DNA of 64,000 nt from Cyanobacteriota bacterium (GTDB taxonomy: Bacteria; Cyanobacteriota; Cyanobacteriia; Thermostichales; Thermostichaceae), in NCBI GenBank assembly GCA_033764955.1, contig JANRIL010000020.1, positions 1-64,000 of the forward strand, read 5' to 3'. Position 1 is the first letter of the stretch. Each line of letters opens with the position of its first letter. Both the position numbers and the translations under genes were made by a program. This document shows positions 17,254-28,293 of this stretch, piece after piece. Below the pieces are notes generated by a model, which was given only the letters and a program-made list of their open reading frames with translations, searched no databases and was not told where the DNA came from.

Positions 17254-18399
17254 ATGGACAGATTTGAAAATATATCAGTGAGAGGCTTTCGCCGCCTTCG
17301 ACAAGTTGACCTTGAGATGAGAGATCTTATTGTCATGATTGGGGCGAATGGAGCAGGAAAAACTTCGTTTTTGGATGTTCTTTCAACACTAGCTGCTTCA
17401 GCCAATGGCAAATTACGAGAAACATTGCAATCTAAAGGCGGATTAAGTGAGATTTTAACCAGAGGCAAATCTCAGGAGCTTAAGATTGCAGTTTCCATGA
17501 GAGTCCCACAAGAGCAACCTTTGAAGTATGGTTTAACCTTGTCTCCTAAAAGTCTATCTTACGAAATTACAAATGAAACCTTAACACAGCAACGAAATCC
17601 AAACAGGCCTGAACCGTTTAAATATATTGAATCGCATGGGTTAGATATCAAATACTTTCAGGAAGGTAGTGGGCTTTTAAGACCAAATTGGGAGCACAAT
17701 CCGCTTGAAACGTCACTCTCTCAAGTTCCTAAAATGTATCGTGAACCTGAGAACTTGAGAAAAAGTCTTGCTTCTTGCACTTACTATGGGGCACTTGATG
17801 TTTCTGAGAAAAGCCCGATTCGCTTGCCTCAGCCAATGCGCCCTGCCAAGCTACCTGGTGCAAGTGGTGAAGACTTGGTTTCCTGTCTCTATGATCTTCG
17901 GGAAACAGATGGAGATCGTTTTGAAATGGTTGAGAGTGTTGTTTCTACAGCATTTCCAGATTTTGAGAGGTTAAATTTTCCTCCTGTTGCTGCCGGAACT
18001 ATTTCCATGACTTGGACAGATAAAAACTTTTCCCAACCCATATATGTGCATGAGTTATCAGAAGGGACACTACGTTTCCTTTGGTTGGTGACTCTTCTAC
18101 AAAGCCAGAGTTTAACGACAATTACTTTGCTAGATGAGCCAGAAGTTAGCTTGCATCCCGAGCTTTTAAGACATTTAGTATATTTGATGAGAGAAGCTTC
18201 AAAATACACACAGCTTATAGTAGCAACTCATTCAGATCGACTCATCAGGTTTCTTGAGCCACATGAAATTTTAATCTGTGACCTTGAAGAAGGTGAGGCA
18301 AGAATGACTTGGGCAGATACGCTTGATTTGCGTAAATGGTTAGAAGACTACACCCTTGATCAAGTTTGGGCAATGAATTTGATGGGGGGTCGTCCATGA
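17254..18399 (+). CDS. AAA_21 / ABC-type ATPase, putative defence
   Basis: GANGAGKT, LSEGT, LLDEPEVSLHP, ATHS; AT-rich. Confidence 0.9.
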   Translation: MDRFENISVRGFRRLRQVDLEMRDLIVMIGANGAGKTSFLDVLSTLAASANGKLRETLQSKGGLSEILTRGKSQELKIAVSMRVPQEQPLKYGLTLSPKSLSYEITNETLTQQRNPNRPEPFKYIESHGLDIKYFQEGSGLLRPNWEHNPLETSLSQVPKMYREPENLRKSLASCTYYGALDVSEKSPIRLPQPMRPAKLPGASGEDLVSCLYDLRETDGDRFEMVESVVSTAFPDFERLNFPPVAAGTISMTWTDKNFSQPIYVHELSEGTLRFLWLVTLLQSQSLTTITLLDEPEVSLHPELLRHLVYLMREASKYTQLIVATHSDRLIRFLEPHEILICDLEEGEARMTWADTLDLRKWLEDYTLDQVWAMNLMGGRP

Positions 18400-19004
18400 A
18401 AATTGCCATCTTAGTTGAGGGAGCTACTGAATTAGCTTTTAGAGAAAAACTACATGAGTTTCTTAAACCTCGGTTGGGGCAACAAATGCCACGGCTCAAG
18501 TTTATTCCACAAGATGGTCGGATTCCTAAAGAAGAAAAACTCAGGCGTGTAGTCGAAAATTTACTGACTGGCAATAGTGCTTATGATGCTGTAATTGCGC
18601 TCACAGATGTTTATACAGGAACTAAGGATTTTCAAGATGCGGCTGATGCTAAAGCCAAAATGATGAAGTGGGTTGGCAACAAATCCAAATTTTATCCTCA
18701 CACAGCACCACATGATTTTGAAGCATGGCTCCTTCCATACTGGAGTACCATTTAAAAACTAGCAAAACATAATCGCTCTGCTCCTAGTGGTTCTCCTGAG
18801 ACTGTGAATCACCAGAAACCACCTTCTTACCATATCAAAGACATTTTTAAATCTGGAGGAAGGCAAGATTATAACAAGCCTATTCATGGCAAAAAAATTT
18901 TAGAGAAAAATGATTTGATGATTGCCATTCAAGCTTGCCCAGAGCTGAAAGCTTTTGTAAACCGAATTATTTCTCTTTGTGATGCAAGCAAGGTAATTAC
19001 TTAA
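18396..19004 (+). pseudogene. DUF4276 (TOPRIM-like) protein with internal nonsense codon
   Basis: VEGATE, LTDVY, HDFEAWLL; ATGA-coupled to the ATPase; in-frame TAA at 18753-18755, frame continues to 19004. Confidence 0.85.
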
Positions 19005-19036
19005 CCCCTGCATTAAGGGAGTAACATACTTTGTAC

Positions 19037-19153
19037 CTATTTAATCAGTAGCACGCACCGCTCTTGTCCTGTCTTAACCCAAAGACAAAGCAGCATAACA
19101 CCTGTAACACGAGGAAAATCAACTATTACAATATCGCCAGGATTGCAGATCAC
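19037..19153 (-). pseudogene. Truncated MazF/PemK-like toxin remnant
   Basis: GTG-start MICNPGDIVIVDFPRVTGV resembles the PemK N-terminus, then diverges and stops after 38 codons; GTGA overlap with the upstream gene. Confidence 0.55.
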
Positions 19154-19375
19154 TCAGGCATCTCCTCACTCTCTGGAAAAAGCTTCACAGCGTACAGCAA
19201 GGAAAAAGCAGCTAGGTCAAGTTGATCTATACTCCGTCCATACATCACCCTGGTCAATTACAGAAACGTTTTGTTGAACTAGAGCATTGAGGATGAGGTT
19301 TGCTAAACGTAGTCTCTCCATCAGTGATAGAGTACGGACAACTTGGATATAGATTTCCTGAGCAGTGCCCAGCAT
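19150..19375 (-). pseudogene. Frameshifted putative antitoxin
   Basis: AGAGGA RBS, MLGTAQEIYIQVVRTLSLMERLRLANLILNALVQQ...; +1 shift near 19228 continues DQLDLAAFSLLYAVKLFPESEEMPE*. Confidence 0.55.
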
Positions 19376-19795
19376 AATGTTAATTCCTCTTGCTCCTAAT
19401 TTTAACTCTTCTAAACTACAAATATAACTGAGGAGCTAGTTTTGAGGAAATACCAATGCCTCAAGTCCCATAACCCTTTCTACCAACTCATTGCTGGCTT
19501 GATGATGTACCATTCCACTTCCTAGTAAGGACATCCCCAATCCCCAACTGTATCGAATTAGGATAGTGCCCTAGAGGTAATGTTAACGAACGAGGCAGGA
19601 TGTTTGATTGAGAACGAATGAAGTCCATAATCTCTCTTCTGCCCTGTCTATTTTGAATAAGGCAAACCTATAGAGCCCCCTGTTATTTCATAACCATTCC
19701 TTGAATAGGACTACCACATATTACAGCCTTCATAAATCGAAGTCAGCTAACAAGATATTCCCTGTGGCTGTCATCTTTTTAGGCTTGAGACGGGC

Positions 19796-20485
19796 TTAGG
19801 GGGAAGCCGTAGCTATCAACTGCTCCATTAGCTCACATCCCCAAGAGGTGCCTAAACGGGTTGCTCCGGCGGCTAAGAGGGCAAAAGCCTGCTCTAGGGT
19901 ACGGATGCCACCGGAGGCTTTTACCCCCACTTTGCCCTGGCTGACCTGCCAAAGGGTAGTGACATCCTCGACGGTTGCCCCACCCGCCCACCCTGTGGAA
20001 GTCATCAACCACATTGCCCCTGCATCCACACAGATCTCCGCGGCTAATTGTTTCTCGGCAACCGTCAGGAGGGAGGTCTCTAAAATTGCTTTAATCGGGA
20101 TCCCTGTGGCCTCGACAATCTCAGCCAGCTCGCTATGCAGACGATCGGTGGATCCCTCCTTTAACCAGCCCAGATTGATCCGCACGTCCAACTCTTCTGC
20201 CCCCTGATCAACCGCCTGTTCGGCCTCATATTGCTTAACTTGAGGGGTGGTTGTCCCCAACGGAAAACCCACCACGGTTGTAACCCGCACGCGGGATCCC
20301 TTGAGGCGTTCTCTCGCCAGCCATACATGGCAAGGATGGACACAGACAGTCGCAAAATGCCATCGATCCGCTGCTTGACAAGCTTCTTCCACTTCCTGCT
20401 CGGTGGCGGTAGTCAACAAAAGCGTCTGATCAATCGCTGCCGCGAGATCGTACTGAGCCGCCAAATCGGAGATTGTAGACATCAT
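19796..20485 (-). CDS. deoC: Deoxyribose-phosphate aldolase
   Basis: IDQTLL, VVGFPLG, KAILET, TSTG, VKASGGIR, RLGTS. Confidence 0.9.
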   Translation of the reverse strand: MMSTISDLAAQYDLAAAIDQTLLLTTATEQEVEEACQAADRWHFATVCVHPCHVWLARERLKGSRVRVTTVVGFPLGTTTPQVKQYEAEQAVDQGAEELDVRINLGWLKEGSTDRLHSELAEIVEATGIPIKAILETSLLTVAEKQLAAEICVDAGAMWLMTSTGWAGGATVEDVTTLWQVSQGKVGVKASGGIRTLEQAFALLAAGATRLGTSWGCELMEQLIATASP

Positions 20486-20839
20486 ACTCCTCGTAATGAT
20501 AGGGACTTGGACGAGTGATGTCTGAGAACAAAAACTAGCAAATCCTCAACAAAATGCGATACTAGGTATAGACTATCAGTCATCTGTTCCCAAATATACA
20601 GAATAAACTTCTGGATAGGCTGCCCATCCCTGTGACGAATCCCCCTACAGTAGCCTAAATCAGCAGGTCGTGTTGCTCTGCTTAGATCTCACCGCATTGT
20701 GAGCGGAGTTTTGCACCAATCTTGAGCCAACCCAGTAGATTTTTGCTTGATGGTGAATTGTTTTAGGCATTCTATAAATAAATAGATAGGCCACTCTCCC
20801 GTCATCCCATTTTTGGATCTAACCCTGAGGTTCTGAACT

Positions 20840-21286
20840 ATGCCCCAAGTGGCCACGGCTGATGAACTCCTCTCACGCTACACAGCCGGAGAACGCAACT
20901 TCAAAGAGTCTAATTTAGTGGGAGTGGACTTAATTCGGGCGGAGTTACAGGATGCCGATCTCCGCAAAGCCAATCTCTCTTTTGCCAAACTGAGTGGAGC
21001 CAATTTAGCCGGAGCCAATTTAGCCGGAGCGGATCTCAGCTCAGCCAATTTAATGGGAGCCAATTTGAGTGGAGCTAATCTTTGGGAAGCCAACTTGATT
21101 GGTGCGGATCTGAGTTTTGCCAACTTGCAGGAAGCCAACTTAAATGGAGCCTATCTCTGGGAAGCCAAACTCACCCGTGCCAGTTTGTTGGGAGCCGACC
21201 TGAATCAGGCCAAGCTGGGGGGAGCAACAATGACCGGAGCCAGCCTGACGGGAGCGACATTGCCGGATGGCAGCATCAGCAAATAG
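20840..21286 (+). CDS. Pentapeptide repeat protein
   Basis: Tandem A(N/D)LxG repeats after RYTAGERNF. Confidence 0.92.
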   Translation: MPQVATADELLSRYTAGERNFKESNLVGVDLIRAELQDADLRKANLSFAKLSGANLAGANLAGADLSSANLMGANLSGANLWEANLIGADLSFANLQEANLNGAYLWEAKLTRASLLGADLNQAKLGGATMTGASLTGATLPDGSISK

Positions 21287-21392
21287 TCATGGGGAAATCC
21301 CTAAAGATTGCTTAGGAAACCCTCTGATCCGGAGGGGGGACACTAGGATGCAACTGTTTGTATCGTAGCTAGGCTACAAGGATCCCACTCCC

Positions 21393-23018
21393 ATGCCGTC
21401 CATCGCTTCGTCGTCACTGATCACGTTTCCCACCCTGGAGGGGATCCCGGCTGAATTTCGTCTGCCCCAGCCGATTCGCCAAACCGAGTATCTGGTGGGA
21501 GGAGAACTGCGGCAGTGGGCAGGCCCTCGAGAGGAGGCTTACTCCTTGATTTATGTGGACGGTGACCAAGGATTGGCTCCTCAACTGATTGGAGAATTTC
21601 CGTTACTAACCTCGGAAGAATCCCTGGCAGCCCTGGATGCTGCCGTCAAAGCCTATGACGGAGGTCGGGGTCTTTGGCCCACCCTGCCCGTTGCCCGCCG
21701 CATCGATCATATTCAAGACTTTGCCTATCGCATGGCGGAGCAACGCAGCCAGATTGTTACCCTCTTGATGTGGGAGATCGGCAAGTCGTATCCAGATGCG
21801 GCCAAGGAATTTGACCGAACTATTGACTACATCCGCGATACGATTGATGCCCTCAAAGATCTGGATCGCACCTCGTCGCGGTTTGTGATCGAGCAGGGAA
21901 TCATCGGACAAATTCGCCGTTCTCCCTTGGGGGTTGCCCTCTGCATGGGTCCCTCCAATTATCCCCTCAACGAAACCTTTACCACGTTTATCCCTGCCTT
22001 AATCATGGGCAACACCGTGGTCTTCAAGCCACCCAGACCGGGTGTAATGCTCTACTATCCCTTGTTGCAAGCCTTTCGGGAGTGTTTTCCGGCCGGGGTG
22101 GTCAACACCATCTATGGTCAGGGGCGGCAGGTCATCCCACCGCTCATGCCCACAGGCAAGGTGGATATTTTGGCCTTTATTGGCTCTAGCACGGCGGCGG
22201 ATGCGCTAAAAAAACAGCATCCCAAATCCCATCGTTTGCGCTGTGCCCTGGGTCTGGAGGCCAAAAATCCGGCGATTGTTCTCCCCAATGCAGATCTGAG
22301 TTTGGCGGTCAAAGAATGCGTTTTGGGCAGCCTTTCTTACAATGGGCAACGCTGTACTGCTCTAAAAATTTTGTTTGTCCACTCCCAGATTATTGATGAG
22401 TTTCTCCAACAATTTGTGACCGCCGTCGGGCAGCTTAAGTGTGGAATGCCTTGGGATCCGGGGGTACAAATCACTCCCTTGCCCGCCGGAAAAGCCGCTT
22501 ATATGACGGAGTTAGTAGAGGATGCCAAAAGGTTGGGATCCCAGGTGATCAATCCCCACGGTGGTACGGTTGAGCAAACATTTTTCTATCCGGCGGTACT
22601 CTATCCGGTCACTCCGGCGATGAAAATCTATCGGGTTGAGCAATTTGGGCCGGTTGTGCCGATTGTGGCTTTTGACCATATCGAGCAGCCCATTCGCTAT
22701 ATGGTGGAGTCCGATTATGGACAGCAGGTGAGTATTTTTGGCAGCGATCCTGAACAAATTGCCCACCTGATTGATCCGTTGGTCAATCAAGTTTGTCGAG
22801 TCAACATCAATAGCCAGTGTCAGCGCGGCCCTGATACCTTTCCCTTTAACGGACGGAAAGATTCTGCCGAAGGTACTCTCTCGGTCTCGGATGCACTACG
22901 AGCTTTTTCTATGCGAACAATTGTGGCGGCAAAAGATGGGTTAACGAACAAATCGATGATTTCAACTATTGTGCGAGAACACAAATCCAATTTCCTATCG
23001 ACGGATTTTATTTTCTAG
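21393..23018 (+). CDS. gapN: NADP-dependent non-phosphorylating glyceraldehyde-3-phosphate dehydrogenase (ALDH family)
   Basis: NYPLNET, FIGS, LGLEAKN, NGQRCTA, EQFGPV, QRGPDTFPF. Confidence 0.8.
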   Translation: MPSIASSSLITFPTLEGIPAEFRLPQPIRQTEYLVGGELRQWAGPREEAYSLIYVDGDQGLAPQLIGEFPLLTSEESLAALDAAVKAYDGGRGLWPTLPVARRIDHIQDFAYRMAEQRSQIVTLLMWEIGKSYPDAAKEFDRTIDYIRDTIDALKDLDRTSSRFVIEQGIIGQIRRSPLGVALCMGPSNYPLNETFTTFIPALIMGNTVVFKPPRPGVMLYYPLLQAFRECFPAGVVNTIYGQGRQVIPPLMPTGKVDILAFIGSSTAADALKKQHPKSHRLRCALGLEAKNPAIVLPNADLSLAVKECVLGSLSYNGQRCTALKILFVHSQIIDEFLQQFVTAVGQLKCGMPWDPGVQITPLPAGKAAYMTELVEDAKRLGSQVINPHGGTVEQTFFYPAVLYPVTPAMKIYRVEQFGPVVPIVAFDHIEQPIRYMVESDYGQQVSIFGSDPEQIAHLIDPLVNQVCRVNINSQCQRGPDTFPFNGRKDSAEGTLSVSDALRAFSMRTIVAAKDGLTNKSMISTIVREHKSNFLSTDFIF

Positions 23019-23062
23019 GTCACTTCTGCTTTGCTCAACCAGCTTGCTTAACCAGAGTGAAC

Positions 23063-24844
23063 TTAGGTCAAGCCCCTCTGCATTTGCGACTCCAAGATAG
23101 CTCCGTAGAGGGGACTAGTTTGCATCAACTGTTGATGGGATCCCTGAGCCACCAGTCGTCCCTGATCCATCAATAAAATGCGATCCGCGTTTTGAATGGT
23201 GCTAATGCGTTGAGCAATCACAAAAGCCGTGCAGGTTTTGCGCCGCATCAGATCATCAAGTGCCAACAAAATTTGAGAGGCTGTTTGGGCATCCACAGCC
23301 GACGTGCTGTCGTCCAAAATTAAAATACTGTAATCCGTCATCAAGGTGCGAGCAATCGCTAGCCGTTGCTTTTGTCCTCCTGATAACCCCAGACCCCGCT
23401 CTCCAACGGGAGTTAAATACCCTTCGGGCAGGCTCAAAATATAGTCATGAATTTGTGCTACCTGGGCAGCCTGAATAATCTTTTCGAGAGGGGCATGGGG
23501 ATCTGCATAGGCAATATTATCTCGAATCGTACCGGAAAAAAGAGTTGATTCTTGAAAAACAATCCCAATGTGAGCGCGCAAACTCTCAAGCTTAAAATCT
23601 CGAATATCACAGCCATCAATCCGAATGGATCCCTTCGTTACATCATAAAAACGGGGGATTAAATTCATGATGGTACTTTTGCCGGATCCCGTCATCCCCA
23701 AAATAGCAATCAACTCTTGAGGGCGGGTTTCAAAGGAAATACCCTTGAGGGCTTCCGTGGTGGATCCTGGATAGCGAAAATGAACATTCTCAAAAGTAAT
23801 TCGGCCATGACAACCCTGAAAAATAAGAGGATGGGGTCGATCTTGAATATCGATCTTGGCATCAACAACTTCATAAACCCGATCTGCCGAGGCAGCGGCT
23901 TGGACAATCACGGGCGAGGAAAAAGCAATAATCAAAATTGGCTGTAAAATGAATAGAAGATAGGAGTTAAAAGCAACGAGTTCTCCAATACTAAAATTTC
24001 CTCCAATCACCTTGAAGCCACCATAGCCCACCACCGCCAAAGTTACTAAGTTGCTCCCCAAGAAAATATAGGGAAAAGTATTGCGAATGGCATGGATGGT
24101 TTGCATATTCACATCCATTAATTCTTGATTCATGGCCTGATAACGCGCTCGTTCTACAGGTTCTCGCACAAAGGCTTTTACCACTCGAATGCCAGAGAGA
24201 TTTTCTTGCAAAATGCCGTTAAGTTCTCCCAATTTCTCTTGCGCCAGACTAAAAATACCCTGGTTGCGAGTAAAAAAACGAAACAACATCCAGCCAGAGA
24301 ATGGAATGATCAGCAAAGTCACCAGGGCTAATTGCCAATTCATAACTAGCAGAATAATGGAAATGGTCATAACCGTTAAGAAGGAACCGATCACCTGAAT
24401 AAAAGCCGTGCCGATAAAGGTGCGAATTTGTTCTACATCACTGGTAATGCGAGTCAAAAGTTGTGAGGTTTGAGCCTGGTCATGGTAACTAAAGCTAAGA
24501 TTTTCTATCTTTTTGAAAATAGTGTTTCGGAGATCATAGGCAACGGCTTGAGAAGCCGCCTCTGACCAAAAGTTTTGACCAAAATTGAAGAGTCCTCTCG
24601 CCAGAGCCAATACCACCATAGCCGCCGCACTATACAGAACTACGGCGAGATCGTTTTGGGTAATTCCTTGATCAATGCCCCAGCGAAAAAGCTGCGGGGT
24701 GAGGGCATTGGCCACGGTCAAAAGCAATAGGCTAACGGCTGACTTCAGCATGATTTGCCAACGGGATCCAAAACTGGCTAACACTCGACCCAAGGATCCC
24801 ATCGTTTTTGCCTTTGCTGAGGACTCAGCCATAATTGATCCCAT
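23063..24844 (-). CDS. ABC exporter half-transporter (TMD+NBD)
   Basis: GMTGSGKS, LSGGQKQR, ILDDSTSAVD; hydrophobic N-terminal half. Confidence 0.92.
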   Translation of the reverse strand: MGSIMAESSAKAKTMGSLGRVLASFGSRWQIMLKSAVSLLLLTVANALTPQLFRWGIDQGITQNDLAVVLYSAAAMVVLALARGLFNFGQNFWSEAASQAVAYDLRNTIFKKIENLSFSYHDQAQTSQLLTRITSDVEQIRTFIGTAFIQVIGSFLTVMTISIILLVMNWQLALVTLLIIPFSGWMLFRFFTRNQGIFSLAQEKLGELNGILQENLSGIRVVKAFVREPVERARYQAMNQELMDVNMQTIHAIRNTFPYIFLGSNLVTLAVVGYGGFKVIGGNFSIGELVAFNSYLLFILQPILIIAFSSPVIVQAAASADRVYEVVDAKIDIQDRPHPLIFQGCHGRITFENVHFRYPGSTTEALKGISFETRPQELIAILGMTGSGKSTIMNLIPRFYDVTKGSIRIDGCDIRDFKLESLRAHIGIVFQESTLFSGTIRDNIAYADPHAPLEKIIQAAQVAQIHDYILSLPEGYLTPVGERGLGLSGGQKQRLAIARTLMTDYSILILDDSTSAVDAQTASQILLALDDLMRRKTCTAFVIAQRISTIQNADRILLMDQGRLVAQGSHQQLMQTSPLYGAILESQMQRGLT

Positions 24845-24865
24845 AAACTTGTCAGCCAGCTTACT

Positions 24866-25510
24866 CTAACTAACTGGGGAGGGAGTCATCCCCGAATGAA
24901 GAGTGGTTAGCAAATCTTGCCAACGGATTTGAGCGGAATAAATCGCTTGTTTTTCGGCTAAGTTTTTTTCCTGGCTTTCTAACCGGGCATAGCGAGCCGC
25001 CAATACTTGGTACTGGGAACGCAACGAGCGTAATCGAGGATCCCGAATTTCCAGCCCTAGCCAGCGCAGAGGGGTGATCGGGCGAGGGTTGGGATCCTGG
25101 GCAGCGATCAATCCCATCAATTCATAGAGGCGATCCAACTGCTGTTCAACCAAAACTAAAGGACTGGATAAAAGCACTTCTAATTCCTGCCAAGGCTGTG
25201 CGGCTCCGGTTAGGGAAATAGACTGCAACCGTTGACGGAGTTCCTGTGCCAATTGCATCGCCAGTTGAATCATCTCTGCCTGAGTTTCTGCTGGCAACTG
25301 GAGAAAGGTAACCGCATGTTTTTGGGTGCAGGTTTGACGGACTTCTCCTAACACATAATCGATGACTGACTGGCTGACCTGTTCTCGATAGGTAAAGCGC
25401 AAAGCGGCTAATTCTTGCTGCACCTGATCTTTGGCGGCCAAAACAGACTGTCGCTCTTCGGCGTAGGGATCCGTATCCCCATTAAGGGGGGGGAGCGGGG
25501 TGTTGATCAT
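24866..25510 (-). CDS. Hypothetical coiled-coil-rich protein
   Basis: 214-aa ORF co-directional with gyrB and the ABC gene. Confidence 0.7.
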   Translation of the reverse strand: MINTPLPPLNGDTDPYAEERQSVLAAKDQVQQELAALRFTYREQVSQSVIDYVLGEVRQTCTQKHAVTFLQLPAETQAEMIQLAMQLAQELRQRLQSISLTGAAQPWQELEVLLSSPLVLVEQQLDRLYELMGLIAAQDPNPRPITPLRWLGLEIRDPRLRSLRSQYQVLAARYARLESQEKNLAEKQAIYSAQIRWQDLLTTLHSGMTPSPVS

Positions 25511-25668
25511 GGCAAGCCGGAGAAGGGATCCCCTTCAGCCTAGCGCTGCTCTTGCTGCCCTGTCACTTGGCAGAAATGCGGACTGTCGGCAATAAATGGA
25601 CAAGGGATCCCTTGTCCTCTGTGGCTCTCAACCAACAGCTACCCATAGAGTGACAACGTTTGAATCCC

Positions 25669-27612
<1,944 letters not shown>

Positions 27613-27804
27613 TCAAACTGTCTAGTCACCATCAGAGAATCTTTCGAGAAATCAGCGAAAATCCGCCAGGAAGATGCACTGAAAATCTGATAGCAAAAAC
27701 CTCCTAAATCATATCACAAACAGGAAAAACGACCAGACAGCTACATCTGGAGAGGGGTTTGGAGATGGGTATCAGAAGAGTGGAGTGGTCAGTAAAAAGA
27801 TGCT

Positions 27805-28182
27805 CTAGAGGCGTTTGGTTTCCGCCAAGGTGACGCCCACATTCCGCCCAGCAATCGCCAGACCCTCCGAAGCTTTGCCCTGAACGGTGACGGTGGAATC
27901 GATAGCCGGGATGCCCGTGGTGGTGATCACCCAAATGGATCCACTGTCATCTTGTAATTCGTAGGCTCCCTGCCCAAAGATACCGATTTGATTCACCACT
28001 TTGCCACGGATCGTCACCTGCGGGTAGTTGGCGGGATTATTGACAACCGTACTGATTTCGGTCACCCCCAAACCCAAACGAGCCAGTGGGGCACAGCCAA
28101 CACTGCCTATCCCCAAGACCACACACAGCAGGAGTAGGACAATTTGGCGCGACGAGCTACGGATTAAGGAAGCTGGCATCAT
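27805..28182 (-). CDS. Putative lipoprotein with OB-fold-like domain
   Basis: Signal ending SVGC; VTIRGKV...YELQDDSGSIWV. Confidence 0.7.
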   Translation of the reverse strand: MMPASLIRSSSRQIVLLLLCVVLGIGSVGCAPLARLGLGVTEISTVVNNPANYPQVTIRGKVVNQIGIFGQGAYELQDDSGSIWVITTTGIPAIDSTVTVQGKASEGLAIAGRNVGVTLAETKRL

Positions 28183-28293
28183 AAAACCTCATGGCGACCA
28201 CCACTCTTACAGGATAGCTCACAGCATAGCTTGCCCTTGGCAGAGGGTTTGGGGGATCCCCTCAGTGGACATCCTTTCAGAGTAGAGAGCCGA

